From sequence record SRR31156797_4554: 39,001 nucleotides of DNA; one strand, written 5' to 3'. A model generated the notes under the pieces. It had not been told where the DNA came from and made no database searches. It saw only the letters and a list, made by a program, of their open reading frames with translations. Shown in pieces: positions 1-9,307 of the stretch. Both the position numbers and the translations under genes were made by a program. Numbering within the stretch: position 1 is the stretch's first letter; each line of letters starts with the position of its first letter.

Positions 1-27
1 AGTGTCCTATATAGGGGGAGCATATCA
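1..27. mobile_element. Probable terminal inverted repeat (end) of an IS3-family insertion sequence lying mostly left of the window
   Basis: Sequence TGTCCTATATAGGGGGAGCATATCA ends in CA; its reverse complement TGATATGCTCCCCCTATATAGGACA has the TG...CCCC...GGACA layout I associate with IS3/IS150-group ends in Firmicutes. No transposase is inside the window. Confidence 0.4.
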
Positions 28-133
28 GATGTATGTGAGTCTCTTTTTTTGTGGAAATATCGGTCGGTGAACTTGTGTTTAGACGGAAAGAATTACCTGA
101 AGAATTTATTAGCAAGAATTTTTTTATACAAAT

Positions 134-886
134 CTATTGAGTTTCCATTCTTTTTCTCACGGTTTTGGCTAACTTTTCAATAATATACATTGCCGGTATC
201 TGGGTTGTAATATCAGCTTCATTAATTTTTTCTAGCGAAATATTATAGGTTATTGAAATATCAGCTAATTTAGAAAGTGTTGAATTAGAGCTGCTGGTAA
301 TTCCTATTACTGAGCTTTCTGATAGATTCAAATGATTTAAATATTGAATGATTTCTGTGGTCTCGCCGGAAACGGATAAAGCGACGATACACATTTTTTT
401 TGCTAACTCAGTGGATAGGTAATTAATAGGATAATTACTAGGATCTTCAATGCGAATCGCCATGTTAAATAGTGACGAGAAATAAAGAGAACCATATTCA
501 GCAACAACATTTGAGGAGCCTACGCCAATAAAAATAATCAGCTCTTTTTCCATCAATAAGTGAACTGCCTCATCAAATTTATCTTCAAAGAATTTGTCTT
601 GTGTCCGTGCTAAAAAATTCAAGAGTTCACTCTCAAAATCAAGTGTTTTTACCTCTTTTTCTTCTTTAAGAGATTCGAGATACGCACTAAGGTAAATTTT
701 AAATTCAGAAAAACCGGTACAGCGAAATTTTTTACAAAAGCGTAATACGCTGGCAGTACTCGTATGACTTTTCTCAGCTAATTCTCGAATACTCATGGAA
801 GCAACTGCATTTACCTCTGAAATAATTGCTTTATATACCTCAATATCCGTTTCATTTAAGTCTGGTTGATAGTCAAGAAACAACAT
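134..886 (-). CDS. RpiR/MurR-family transcriptional regulator (HTH + SIS domain)
   Basis: N-terminal SIRELAEKSHTSTASVLRFCKKFRCTGFSEFK HTH; SIS motifs FIGVGSS and SVSGET; SD AGGAGG upstream on the minus strand; divergent from a sugar operon. Confidence 0.93.
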   Translation of the reverse strand: MLFLDYQPDLNETDIEVYKAIISEVNAVASMSIRELAEKSHTSTASVLRFCKKFRCTGFSEFKIYLSAYLESLKEEKEVKTLDFESELLNFLARTQDKFFEDKFDEAVHLLMEKELIIFIGVGSSNVVAEYGSLYFSSLFNMAIRIEDPSNYPINYLSTELAKKMCIVALSVSGETTEIIQYLNHLNLSESSVIGITSSSNSTLSKLADISITYNISLEKINEADITTQIPAMYIIEKLAKTVRKRMETQ

Positions 887-897
887 AGTAATCCCCT

Positions 898-918
898 CCT
901 GTTACAAATTGTAACAGG
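898..918. promoter_or_regulatory. Palindromic operator CCTGTTACA-AAT-TGTAACAGG, likely the RpiR binding site
   Basis: Perfect 9-bp inverted repeat in the divergent intergenic region, abutting the rpiR SD. Confidence 0.6.
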
Positions 919-920
919 AT

Positions 921-960
921 TGTAACCGGTGTCAATCGTCTGTTTTTGTAACCGTTTACT
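921..960. promoter_or_regulatory. Two CcpA cre-like sites (921-934, 947-960)
   Basis: TGTAACCGGTGTCA fully fits TGWNANCGNTNWCA; TGTAACCGTTTACT has one mismatch. Both lie upstream of a TATACT -10 (993-998) of a catabolic operon. Confidence 0.65.
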
Positions 961-1031
961 TAAAAGCGGTATTTAAGGGGATAAAAATAATCTATACTGA
1001 CCATGTAGTTAAGTTAAAGGAGTGTTTCAGG

Positions 1032-2357
1032 ATGGATAAAGGAATAAAAATTGCAACAATTGGCGGTGGATCAAGTTATACACCAGAATTGATAGAAGGA
1101 TTTATTAAACGATATGCTGAATTACCGATTTCAGAATTATGGCTTGTGGATATTGAACAAGGAAGAGAGAAATTAGAAATAGTTGGGGAACTTGCTAAAC
1201 GTATGGTAAAAAAAGCGAACCTTCCAATGAAAATTTATATGACTCTTGATCGTGAAGCGGCATTAAAGGATGCGGACTTCGTTACGACGCAATTTCGTGT
1301 AGGTCTTTTGGAAGCGCGAGCGAAAGACGAGAGAATTCCTTTAACATATGACACGATTGGACAAGAAACGAATGGTCCAGGAGGGCTTTTTAAAGGATTA
1401 CGCACGATTCCTGTTATCTTAGAAATAGTGAAAGATATGGAGCGCCTTTGCCCAGAAGCATGGCTGATCAACTTCACTAATCCAGCTGGCATGGTGACAG
1501 AAGCTGTCTTACGCCATAGCAATATGCGTAGAGTAGTAGGTTTGTGTAATGGACCAATTGGAATAGAACGTGGCATTGCAGAAACATTAAAAGTACCCAA
1601 ACAAGAATTATATGTTGAATTTACTGGGCTAAATCATATGGTTTTTGCGAAAAAGATTTATCATAAAGGGATTGATGTGACCCAAAAAGTACTTACATTG
1701 ATGACGCAAGATACTGGCGATACAGTTGGTCTGAAAAACATTGCTGATTTAGAATGGGAACCAAATTTTTTCCGAACACTTGGCATGATTCCCATCGGCT
1801 ATTTAAGGTATTACTATCAAACAGCTACTATGTTGTCTGAGCAAAAACGATCAGCAGAGAAAGAAGGAACTCGTGCAGAAGTTGTGCAGAAAATCGAACA
1901 TGAGTTGTTTGAACTTTATAAAGATGAACATCTAGCAATCAAACCACCTCAATTGTCAGAACGTGGGGGCGCTTATTATAGTGAAGCAGCATGTAATTTA
2001 ATTAATTCCATCTATAATGACAAACGTGATATTCAAACGGTCAATACAAGAAATAATGGTGCCATCAGTGATATCGATTGTGATTCAGCGGTTGAAGTAA
2101 ATTGTTTGATTACAAAACAAGGACCGATCCCTTTGACTACAGGTGAATTACCTATTCCTATCAAAGGACTAGTTCAACAAATTAAGTCTTTTGAACGTAT
2201 AGCGGCCCAAGCAGCTGTTACGGGAGACTATAACACTGCTTTATTAGCGATGACGATCAATCCCTTAGTTCCAAGTGATAGGACAGCAAAGCAACTACTT
2301 GATGAAATGCTTTTAGCACACAAAGAATATCTGCCGAATTTTTTTAAAGGAGAATGA
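1032..2357 (+). CDS. licH: 6-phospho-beta-glucosidase, glycoside hydrolase family 4 (LicH/CelF/ChbF type)
   Basis: KIATIGGGSSYTPE NAD-binding start, GQETNGPGG, INFTNP, VGLCN, GLNH and RGGAYYS GH4 motifs. Confidence 0.93.
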   Translation: MDKGIKIATIGGGSSYTPELIEGFIKRYAELPISELWLVDIEQGREKLEIVGELAKRMVKKANLPMKIYMTLDREAALKDADFVTTQFRVGLLEARAKDERIPLTYDTIGQETNGPGGLFKGLRTIPVILEIVKDMERLCPEAWLINFTNPAGMVTEAVLRHSNMRRVVGLCNGPIGIERGIAETLKVPKQELYVEFTGLNHMVFAKKIYHKGIDVTQKVLTLMTQDTGDTVGLKNIADLEWEPNFFRTLGMIPIGYLRYYYQTATMLSEQKRSAEKEGTRAEVVQKIEHELFELYKDEHLAIKPPQLSERGGAYYSEAACNLINSIYNDKRDIQTVNTRNNGAISDIDCDSAVEVNCLITKQGPIPLTTGELPIPIKGLVQQIKSFERIAAQAAVTGDYNTALLAMTINPLVPSDRTAKQLLDEMLLAHKEYLPNFFKGE

Positions 2358-2359
2358 CA

Positions 2360-3085
2360 ATGAAAGTAAAATACTATGTTGAGACAAATTACCAAGAAGT
2401 CAGTAGGATCTGTGCAAAACTCATTTTAGATGTCTTAAAAGAAAAGCCAAATGGGTTATATTGCTTTGCAGGTGGTGATACACCCGTAGGAACGCTTAAC
2501 ATCATTGCAGAAGCAGCAATCAACAAAGAAATAGATTTATCCCAGGCAAAGTTTATTGAACTAGATGAATGGGTTGGAATCGATCCGAAAAATGAAGGCA
2601 GTTGTCTATCCTATTTAAAAAGAAACTTATTCAATCGGGTTCCTATTGACCTAAAGCAACTTCACACATTTGATCCTTTAGCCGATGATTTAAATGAGGA
2701 ATGCAAAAAAGCTGATAAATTTATCGAGGAGAATGGAGGATTAACACTGAGTTTGCTTGGGGTTGGAGTAAATGGTCACTTAGGTTTTAATGAGCCTGGT
2801 TCGTCCTTCGAAGATAAAGCTCATATAGTGAACTTAGACGAATCAACCCAAAGTGTTGGGAAAAAATATTTTTCAGACGAGAAAGTTGATCGTACGAAAG
2901 GAATTACGTTAGGGATAGGACAATTATTACAATCTGGAACAATGATCGTACAAGCTAGTGGAGCAAAAAAGAAATCTGCGATACAACAGTTTCTATGCGG
3001 TACGATTACAAAAGAGTGTCCAGTTACTTCTCTATGGTTGCACAAAGATCCTGTATTGGTGGTTGATAAGGAAGTCGTGAACTAA
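2360..3085 (+). CDS. nagB: Glucosamine-6-phosphate deaminase/isomerase family protein (NagB-like)
   Basis: GGDTP, LDEW, LLGVGVNGHLGFNEPG and GITLGI motifs. ATG at 2360 is best spaced from SD AAGGAG; the ORF track starts at 2354. Confidence 0.8.
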   Translation: MKVKYYVETNYQEVSRICAKLILDVLKEKPNGLYCFAGGDTPVGTLNIIAEAAINKEIDLSQAKFIELDEWVGIDPKNEGSCLSYLKRNLFNRVPIDLKQLHTFDPLADDLNEECKKADKFIEENGGLTLSLLGVGVNGHLGFNEPGSSFEDKAHIVNLDESTQSVGKKYFSDEKVDRTKGITLGIGQLLQSGTMIVQASGAKKKSAIQQFLCGTITKECPVTSLWLHKDPVLVVDKEVVN

Positions 3086-3099
3086 AAGGAGGAAAAAAG

Positions 3100-4362
3100 A
3101 TGCAGGTCATTGAGAACAAGGTATTGCCTATATTGCTGAAAATAGGCAATAGTAAACACTTAGTTGCTATAAGAAATGGGATTTCCATGACGATTCCTTT
3201 TACTATTGTTGGAAGTATCTTCCTAATCATTGGTAACTTTCCAATACAGTCATGGATGGATTTTGTGTCAAATTGGGGGCCCCAGTTGAATGCACCAGTC
3301 AATGTTACGTTCGGAATCCTTGGACTGATATCAGCCATTGGTATAGGCTATCATTTAGGAAAAGAGTTTGGTGTTGATGCTATTTCTAATTCGATGCTCA
3401 CAACTATCGGCTTTCTTCTAGCAACATTAAACGATGACTGGACGATAAATTTGGCTAATTTTGGTGCTAGTGGTATGTTTACCGCGATCATTGTTGGGGT
3501 CTTTGTTACTCATGCTTTTAAATGGTTTGTCACTCACAATATTGTAATAAAAATGCCAGAGGGTGTGCCGCCCACTGTAGCAACCTCTTTTGCAACGTTA
3601 ATCCCAGGGGCATTTATTCTGACCGTTATATGGATCGTCAGAACTTTATTAGGGGTTGATATCAATGAAATCATTACTATTGTTTTCCAACCTTTAATGC
3701 AAGGGATGGGAACACTCCCTGGCATGCTGTTATACACACTTCTCGTTTGTTTGCTATGGATATGTGGAATCCACGGAGACAATGTTTTATCTGGGATTGC
3801 GACCCCTGTTTTCCTAAGTTATCTTGCTGATAATACGGCAGCTTTTCAAAGTGGTGCAGAAGTACCTCATGTTTTTGCCGATGGATTTTGGATTGTCTTT
3901 ATGTGTTTAGGCGGAACTGGAGCAACACTCGGTCTAGTGTTAAATATGCTCCATTCCAGAAGTAAGATGTATAAGTCGATTGGACGATTATCTTTGCCGT
4001 CAGCTATTTTTTGTATCAATGAACCGGTTATTTTTGGTTTGCCTATTGTGATGAATCCTGTAATGCTTATTCCGTTTATAGCAACGCCTATGGTCCTATG
4101 TATCGGTACGTATATCTTAATGAATATTGGTATAGTGGGACCGATTGTTATTCAAGTTCCATGGACTATTCCTCCTATTATTGGTCCTTATTTAGCTACT
4201 AATGGTAGTATTGGAGCAGCCGTTTGGTCTTTTGTATCGATTTTCATTTCATATTTTATTTATATGCCATTTTTCAAAATATTGGAAAAGCAGCAAGTGA
4301 AAAATGAAACCGCAGAGGCGCAAGAAACGGAAACAACGATTCCTGTGAGTATAAGTGAGTAG
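3100..4362 (+). CDS. PTS EIIC component, lactose/cellobiose family
   Basis: HLVAIRNG, IKMPEGVPP, GIHG, GGTGATL and FCINEPVIFGLPIVMNP motifs; multi-TM; SD AAAGGAGG. Confidence 0.93.
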   Translation: MQVIENKVLPILLKIGNSKHLVAIRNGISMTIPFTIVGSIFLIIGNFPIQSWMDFVSNWGPQLNAPVNVTFGILGLISAIGIGYHLGKEFGVDAISNSMLTTIGFLLATLNDDWTINLANFGASGMFTAIIVGVFVTHAFKWFVTHNIVIKMPEGVPPTVATSFATLIPGAFILTVIWIVRTLLGVDINEIITIVFQPLMQGMGTLPGMLLYTLLVCLLWICGIHGDNVLSGIATPVFLSYLADNTAAFQSGAEVPHVFADGFWIVFMCLGGTGATLGLVLNMLHSRSKMYKSIGRLSLPSAIFCINEPVIFGLPIVMNPVMLIPFIATPMVLCIGTYILMNIGIVGPIVIQVPWTIPPIIGPYLATNGSIGAAVWSFVSIFISYFIYMPFFKILEKQQVKNETAEAQETETTIPVSISE

Positions 4363-4510
4363 ATAGAAGAAGCCTATTTTCCATCATTCATTAAGATAAG
4401 TATTTTTAGGTATCAGAAAATAACTTTAAAAAAGTATATTGGAAAAAAGACGATTGTCCTTCATGATTCTGTTAGTTTCAATAATAAAACAACAAATAGC
4501 ATCATTATCT

Positions 4511-4540
4511 AAGCGAATCAGTAAATGATTCGCTTTTTTT
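4511..4540 (+). terminator. Rho-independent terminator of the GH4-NagB-EIIC operon
   Basis: AAGCGAATCA-gtaaa-TGATTCGCTT followed by a T-run. Confidence 0.8.
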
Positions 4541-4725
4541 AATGTTGTATTTTTTATCATTTGCTTCTATCAATAAAACCTTCTCGAATATTTTATTGGA
4601 TGTTATGGTAATTCTTGAAATCTCCTCTTCGGTCCATCGTTTAAAAAAAACGGAGTTTCAGTTGTGCCGAGAAATGATGGCGATTTCATTTTGTGCAAGC
4701 TATAGTTTAGGTGGGGGTAGCAAAT

Positions 4726-6765
4726 ATGATTCATTTCAAATTGACGTATCTGTTTTCAGAACCAAATATTGAGGCGTTTCTTCAGTTGACGAAGTGGAGG
4801 GATGAGGAATTTCTGGCGGAGATTGCCAAGATCAATCAAATCACTGAACAGCGGTTGAATCAACGAATCACGATGCATGAGGGAGAAGTTTTGATTCCTT
4901 CGCTGATTCAACGAAAATGGCCGGAAATTCTTTTCGATGTCCAGAAGAACACGTTGTTTTTTTCGGAAGAAGAGCGGCGGTCCATGATTTATCTTCTGAC
5001 TTTTTCAGCAGTGAAAGACTTATCCGTCTACCAGTTTCAAGAGCTGTTCTATGTCAGTAAAAATACGATTTTGAAGGATTTAAAGGGGATCAGAGAGGAA
5101 CTTGCAGCTTTCAAGATTCAACTATTGTACTCTCGAAAATATGGCTTTTATCTAGAGGGAGAGGAATATCAGATTCGCGCTCTTGCTTTTCGAAAAGTCA
5201 GTGCATTATCCAATACGAAAAATGGGAATTTGCTTTTATTTGAGGGAATCTATGAGCAGAATAAAACGATATATATTCAAATAAGAGATCGTTTGTCCGC
5301 AACATTGACTGCCTTCAATCTGGTGATCGTACCGAGCCGCTTCGAAGAAATGCTTTATTTTCTTAATTATTTATCCTTTCGGATGGCAGAAACGGCTGTT
5401 TCTTTAGCGGAGACAGAAACATCGCTGCTACAGTCGCTGCATGTCCATCAAGTTAGTCAGCAGTTTTTAGCAGAATTTCCTGCCATCAAAGATCGGAAAA
5501 CAGAAGAACTTTATGTAACGATCCTGTTGAAAACGATTCTGCAAGGAGATATCGAAGATACTTCATTAGAGTTTTTATTGGAATGTGCCAGTAAGATCAT
5601 TCATGAAATGGAACGGCTGGCAGCTATCGAGTTTGTGGACTATCGCACCCTTTTGATGAACACATTCTATCATCTTGTCCCGGCGTATTTTCGAATCCGC
5701 TACGGGTTTCCACTGGAGAATGTACTGATTGAAGAAATCAAGCTGCAATACAATGAGTTGTTTGAACTGACGAGACGAGCACTGGGTTCTTTAGAAGACC
5801 TAGTCGGTACGATCCCTGATGAAGAAATCGGTTATTTTACGATTTTGTTTGGTGGGGAAATCAGTAAACAAAAGGCCAAACGCGATTACTTCCAATTGAA
5901 TGCATTAGTTGTCTGCCCAAGCGGCATCAGTTCATCCTTGATTTTGGAATCAGAATTAAAGGAACTGTTTCCCCAGATCCATTTTTTGCCGGCTCGTTCG
6001 ATCGAAGAGTATGAAAATGTTCGTTTCAATGAAGAGATTGATCTGATTTTTTCCAGTGCCCCGATCAAAACCAAACGACCATGTTATGTGATCAATCCGA
6101 TTATGACGCCCATTGAGAAGGATGAACTGCTTAGAAACGTACAAGCGGCATTCTTTCCTTCAAAAACTGGTTTGCATTCCATTGACGATGTGTTAGAAGT
6201 GATTTTGCCCTATGTTGATTTAAAAGCAGGAATCAGTAAGCAAAAGCTGAGAAAAATTTTGCAAAGAAAAATCAATCGAGAATTGAATAGAAGGGAAGAC
6301 CAACGTCCGATGTTATCAGATTTATTAACAGCAGAAACCATCCAATTTACCGAGGTGCCGCTGACTTGGCAAGAAGCCATTCGAGAAGCTGCTGCGCCAT
6401 TAAAAAAGACTAATAAGATTGAGGAACAGTATATAACCGCCATGATCAATAAAGTGGTGGATCACGGTCCCTTTATCCATATTGGAAAAGGCATCGCTTT
6501 GCCCCATGCGCGTCCAGAAGATGGGGTCAATGCGATCGGGATGTCGTTATTAAAAGTCAAAGAACCAGTGCTTTTGAATGATGATCCGCAACACCCTATT
6601 CACGTGTTTATATGTTTGGCGGCGGTTGACAATGAGCTCCATCTAAAAGCGTTAGCGAGTTTAACAAAAATTTTGTCGAATAATGAAAAACTAACTGCGT
6701 TACTTTCCGCAACCAATGCGGATCAAATAATTGAAGTGATCAGAGAAGGAGAAGATGAAAAATGA
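4726..6765 (+). CDS. PRD-domain (BglG/MtlR-like) transcriptional regulator with C-terminal EIIB-like and EIIA domains
   Basis: HTH (FYVSKNTILKDL), PRD (DEEIGYFTILF), EIIB-like VVCPSGISSS and EIIA IALPHARPEDG. ATG 4726 follows a GGGGGT SD; the ORF track starts at 4711. Confidence 0.88.
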   Translation: MIHFKLTYLFSEPNIEAFLQLTKWRDEEFLAEIAKINQITEQRLNQRITMHEGEVLIPSLIQRKWPEILFDVQKNTLFFSEEERRSMIYLLTFSAVKDLSVYQFQELFYVSKNTILKDLKGIREELAAFKIQLLYSRKYGFYLEGEEYQIRALAFRKVSALSNTKNGNLLLFEGIYEQNKTIYIQIRDRLSATLTAFNLVIVPSRFEEMLYFLNYLSFRMAETAVSLAETETSLLQSLHVHQVSQQFLAEFPAIKDRKTEELYVTILLKTILQGDIEDTSLEFLLECASKIIHEMERLAAIEFVDYRTLLMNTFYHLVPAYFRIRYGFPLENVLIEEIKLQYNELFELTRRALGSLEDLVGTIPDEEIGYFTILFGGEISKQKAKRDYFQLNALVVCPSGISSSLILESELKELFPQIHFLPARSIEEYENVRFNEEIDLIFSSAPIKTKRPCYVINPIMTPIEKDELLRNVQAAFFPSKTGLHSIDDVLEVILPYVDLKAGISKQKLRKILQRKINRELNRREDQRPMLSDLLTAETIQFTEVPLTWQEAIREAAAPLKKTNKIEEQYITAMINKVVDHGPFIHIGKGIALPHARPEDGVNAIGMSLLKVKEPVLLNDDPQHPIHVFICLAAVDNELHLKALASLTKILSNNEKLTALLSATNADQIIEVIREGEDEK

Positions 6766-7043
6766 AATTTGCAGCAGTGTGTGGGTCAGGATTAGGATCA
6801 AGTTTTATGGTGGAGATGAATATCAATTCTGTTTTAAATGAATTGGGTGTCTCAGGTGTGGAAGTGTCCCATTATGATTTAGGAAGTGCTGCACCCGATA
6901 TGGCGGATGTTTTCTTTGTTGGTGGCGATTTAGCCGATAGTGCGCAGCATCTAGGTGAGATCGTGGTGTTAGACAGTATTATCGATCTCGATGAATTGAA
7001 GCAAAAGGTTCAAGCCGTTTGTCAGGAAAAAGGATTACTATAA
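6762..7043 (+). CDS. PTS EIIB component (ascorbate/UlaB-like)
   Basis: AVCGSGLGSSFM active-site loop; ATGA-type overlap with the upstream gene. Confidence 0.9.
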   Translation: MKFAAVCGSGLGSSFMVEMNINSVLNELGVSGVEVSHYDLGSAAPDMADVFFVGGDLADSAQHLGEIVVLDSIIDLDELKQKVQAVCQEKGLL

Positions 7044-7059
7044 AAAGGAGTAGACAGTC

Positions 7060-8424
7060 ATGAACGAATTTTTAGATATTCTTGTTGATATCGCGAGTAC
7101 CCCAGCGATCTTAGTTGCGCTGATCGCTGTTTTGGGGAATGTACTGCAGAAAAAAGACATTGCCACGATCGTCAAAGGGGGCATCAAAACCTTTGTTGGG
7201 TTTCTCGTGGTCACTGCCGGGGCTGGGGTGATCGAAAGCTCTCTGGCGCCATTTGGGGAGATGTTCCAAGCAGCCTTTAACATGCAAGGGGTCGTCCCAA
7301 ATAACGAAGCGATCGTTGCGCTGGCTTTGACGACTTACGGCACCTATACCGCACTTATTATGTTAGCCGGAATGGCCTTCAATATTTTGATTGCCCGTAT
7401 CACTCGCTTTAAATACATTTATTTGACTGGGCATGCCACGTTGTATATGGCTTGCATGATTGCGGTGATTTTGAGCGTTACTGGAATGGATACTTTTAAT
7501 CTAGTTTTATTTGGCGGCTTAGCGTTAGGGATCTGTAACACGATTTTCCCAGCGATCGCACAACCGTTTACTCGAGAAATTACTAAAAATGATTCCGTCG
7601 CATTGGGGCATACGGGGAACTTCGGCTACGCATTGAGCGGGTTGATTGGGAAATACGTCGGCAATAAGGAAAAATCTACCGAAGACATCAATTTTCCGAA
7701 AGGCCTGTCTTTCTTGCGGGACTCTACTGTTAGTATCACGATTACGATGGCTGTTGTATACGTGATCGTAGCAATTTTTGCTGGGAGTGAATTTATTACA
7801 GAAAATCTTAGCAATGGCACGAACTCGATCATTTATTCGTTGCAGCAAGCCGGTTCGTTTGCCGCTGGTGTCTTTGTGATTTTAGCTGGTGTCCGTCTGA
7901 TTTTGGCAGAAATCGTACCAGCCTTTAAAGGAATTTCCGAAAAGCTTGTTCCTAATGCGATTCCTGCATTGGATTGTCCGATTGTCTTTCCTTATGCGCC
8001 AAATGCTGTTCTGATTGGTTTTCTAACCAGCTTTGTCGGTGGAATCGTTAGTTTGATCATCATGGTCTTCACAGGAACAACCGTTATTATTCCAGGTGTC
8101 GTGCCCCATTTCTTCTGTGGCGCAACGGCAGGTGTTTACGGCAATGCAACGGGTGGTGTGCGAGGCGCCGTCATTGGTTCCTTTATTCATGGGATCATTA
8201 TCAGCTTCATGCCGATCTTGTTGATGCCAGTCATGGGGGATCTTGGGTTCCAAGGATCAACTTTCTCTGATACCGACTATGGAGTTGCAGGGATCTTCCT
8301 AGGAAACTTAGCCAATATGGGCGGTCAAATCGCCATCTTCTCAGGGATAATTGCGGTAGTCGCGGTCTTGATCGGATTGACGATTTTCAAGAAAAACAGC
8401 CGGGCAAAATCTGTTTCTGAATAA
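7060..8424 (+). CDS. ulaA: PTS EIIC component, ascorbate (UlaA/SgaT) family
   Basis: GVVPNNEAIVA, YIYLTGH, EIVPAFKGIS..LVPNAIPALDCP and PHFFCG motifs. Confidence 0.88.
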   Translation: MNEFLDILVDIASTPAILVALIAVLGNVLQKKDIATIVKGGIKTFVGFLVVTAGAGVIESSLAPFGEMFQAAFNMQGVVPNNEAIVALALTTYGTYTALIMLAGMAFNILIARITRFKYIYLTGHATLYMACMIAVILSVTGMDTFNLVLFGGLALGICNTIFPAIAQPFTREITKNDSVALGHTGNFGYALSGLIGKYVGNKEKSTEDINFPKGLSFLRDSTVSITITMAVVYVIVAIFAGSEFITENLSNGTNSIIYSLQQAGSFAAGVFVILAGVRLILAEIVPAFKGISEKLVPNAIPALDCPIVFPYAPNAVLIGFLTSFVGGIVSLIIMVFTGTTVIIPGVVPHFFCGATAGVYGNATGGVRGAVIGSFIHGIIISFMPILLMPVMGDLGFQGSTFSDTDYGVAGIFLGNLANMGGQIAIFSGIIAVVAVLIGLTIFKKNSRAKSVSE

Positions 8425-8446
8425 ATAGAGGATGGAGGGATAAATA

Positions 8447-9304
8447 GTGGCAATCAGTGAACAAGAATACCACGAACTCGAAAGATTAGCGGCAAAGATT
8501 CGTTTAGATACCCTTTGCAGCATCAAGAAAATGGGGCAAGGTCATCTGGGCGGTTCCTTTTCAATTGTTGAATTATTAGCCGTTTTGTACGGCAAACAGC
8601 TGCGGGTCAATCCACAAGATCCACAGTGGGCGGATCGTGACCGACTCGTTTTATCAAAAGGACATGCTGGCGCCGCACTGTACAGTGCATTAGCAAATAC
8701 GGGCTATTTTGATCGGTCGTGGTTATGGACGATCAATGAGGGCGGCACGAGACTGCCTTCCCATCCGGATCGCTGGAAAACGCCGGGGGTTGATGCCACC
8801 ACAGGTTCACTGGGGCAGGGGACTTCCATGGCTGCCGGGATCGCGACGGGTCTGCGCTTGGCAGGGAAGGACAATTTTGTTTATTTGATCGTCGGGGACG
8901 GCGAACTAAATGAAGGACAGTGCTGGGAAGCCTTCCAATACATTGCCCACTTCAAACTGAATCACTGTATCGTCATTATTGATGACAATAAAAAACAGCT
9001 AGATGGGCCAACCAAAGACATTCTTGATCCCTTTGACATCCAGCAGAAGATGACTGCATTTGGCTTTTATACAGAAAAAGTTCCAGGAGCAGACATGCAA
9101 GCCATTGATGAGGCAATCGAGCGCTGCAAAGCGATCGAAGACCAAGCGGTTTGCATTGTCTTGGACAGCGTGAAAGGACAAGGCGTTCCTTTCTTTGAAG
9201 AATTAGATGCCAATCACTCCGTGAAGTTTACCACGGATGAAATCAATCAAGCGGCAGAAGCGGCAATCAAAGAGTTGACGATAAAAATCGAAGGAGGACG
9301 CTAA
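8447..9304 (+). CDS. Transketolase, N-terminal (ThDP-binding) subunit
   Basis: GHLGGS, DRLVLSKGH, TGSLGQG, GDGELNEG..WEA ThDP motif. Confidence 0.93.
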   Translation: MAISEQEYHELERLAAKIRLDTLCSIKKMGQGHLGGSFSIVELLAVLYGKQLRVNPQDPQWADRDRLVLSKGHAGAALYSALANTGYFDRSWLWTINEGGTRLPSHPDRWKTPGVDATTGSLGQGTSMAAGIATGLRLAGKDNFVYLIVGDGELNEGQCWEAFQYIAHFKLNHCIVIIDDNKKQLDGPTKDILDPFDIQQKMTAFGFYTEKVPGADMQAIDEAIERCKAIEDQAVCIVLDSVKGQGVPFFEELDANHSVKFTTDEINQAAEAAIKELTIKIEGGR

Positions 9305-9307
9305 GGC

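Noticed and set aside
4542-4772. 76-aa ORF upstream of the PRD regulator
   Set aside because: It starts right after a terminator with no SD and overlaps the promoter region.
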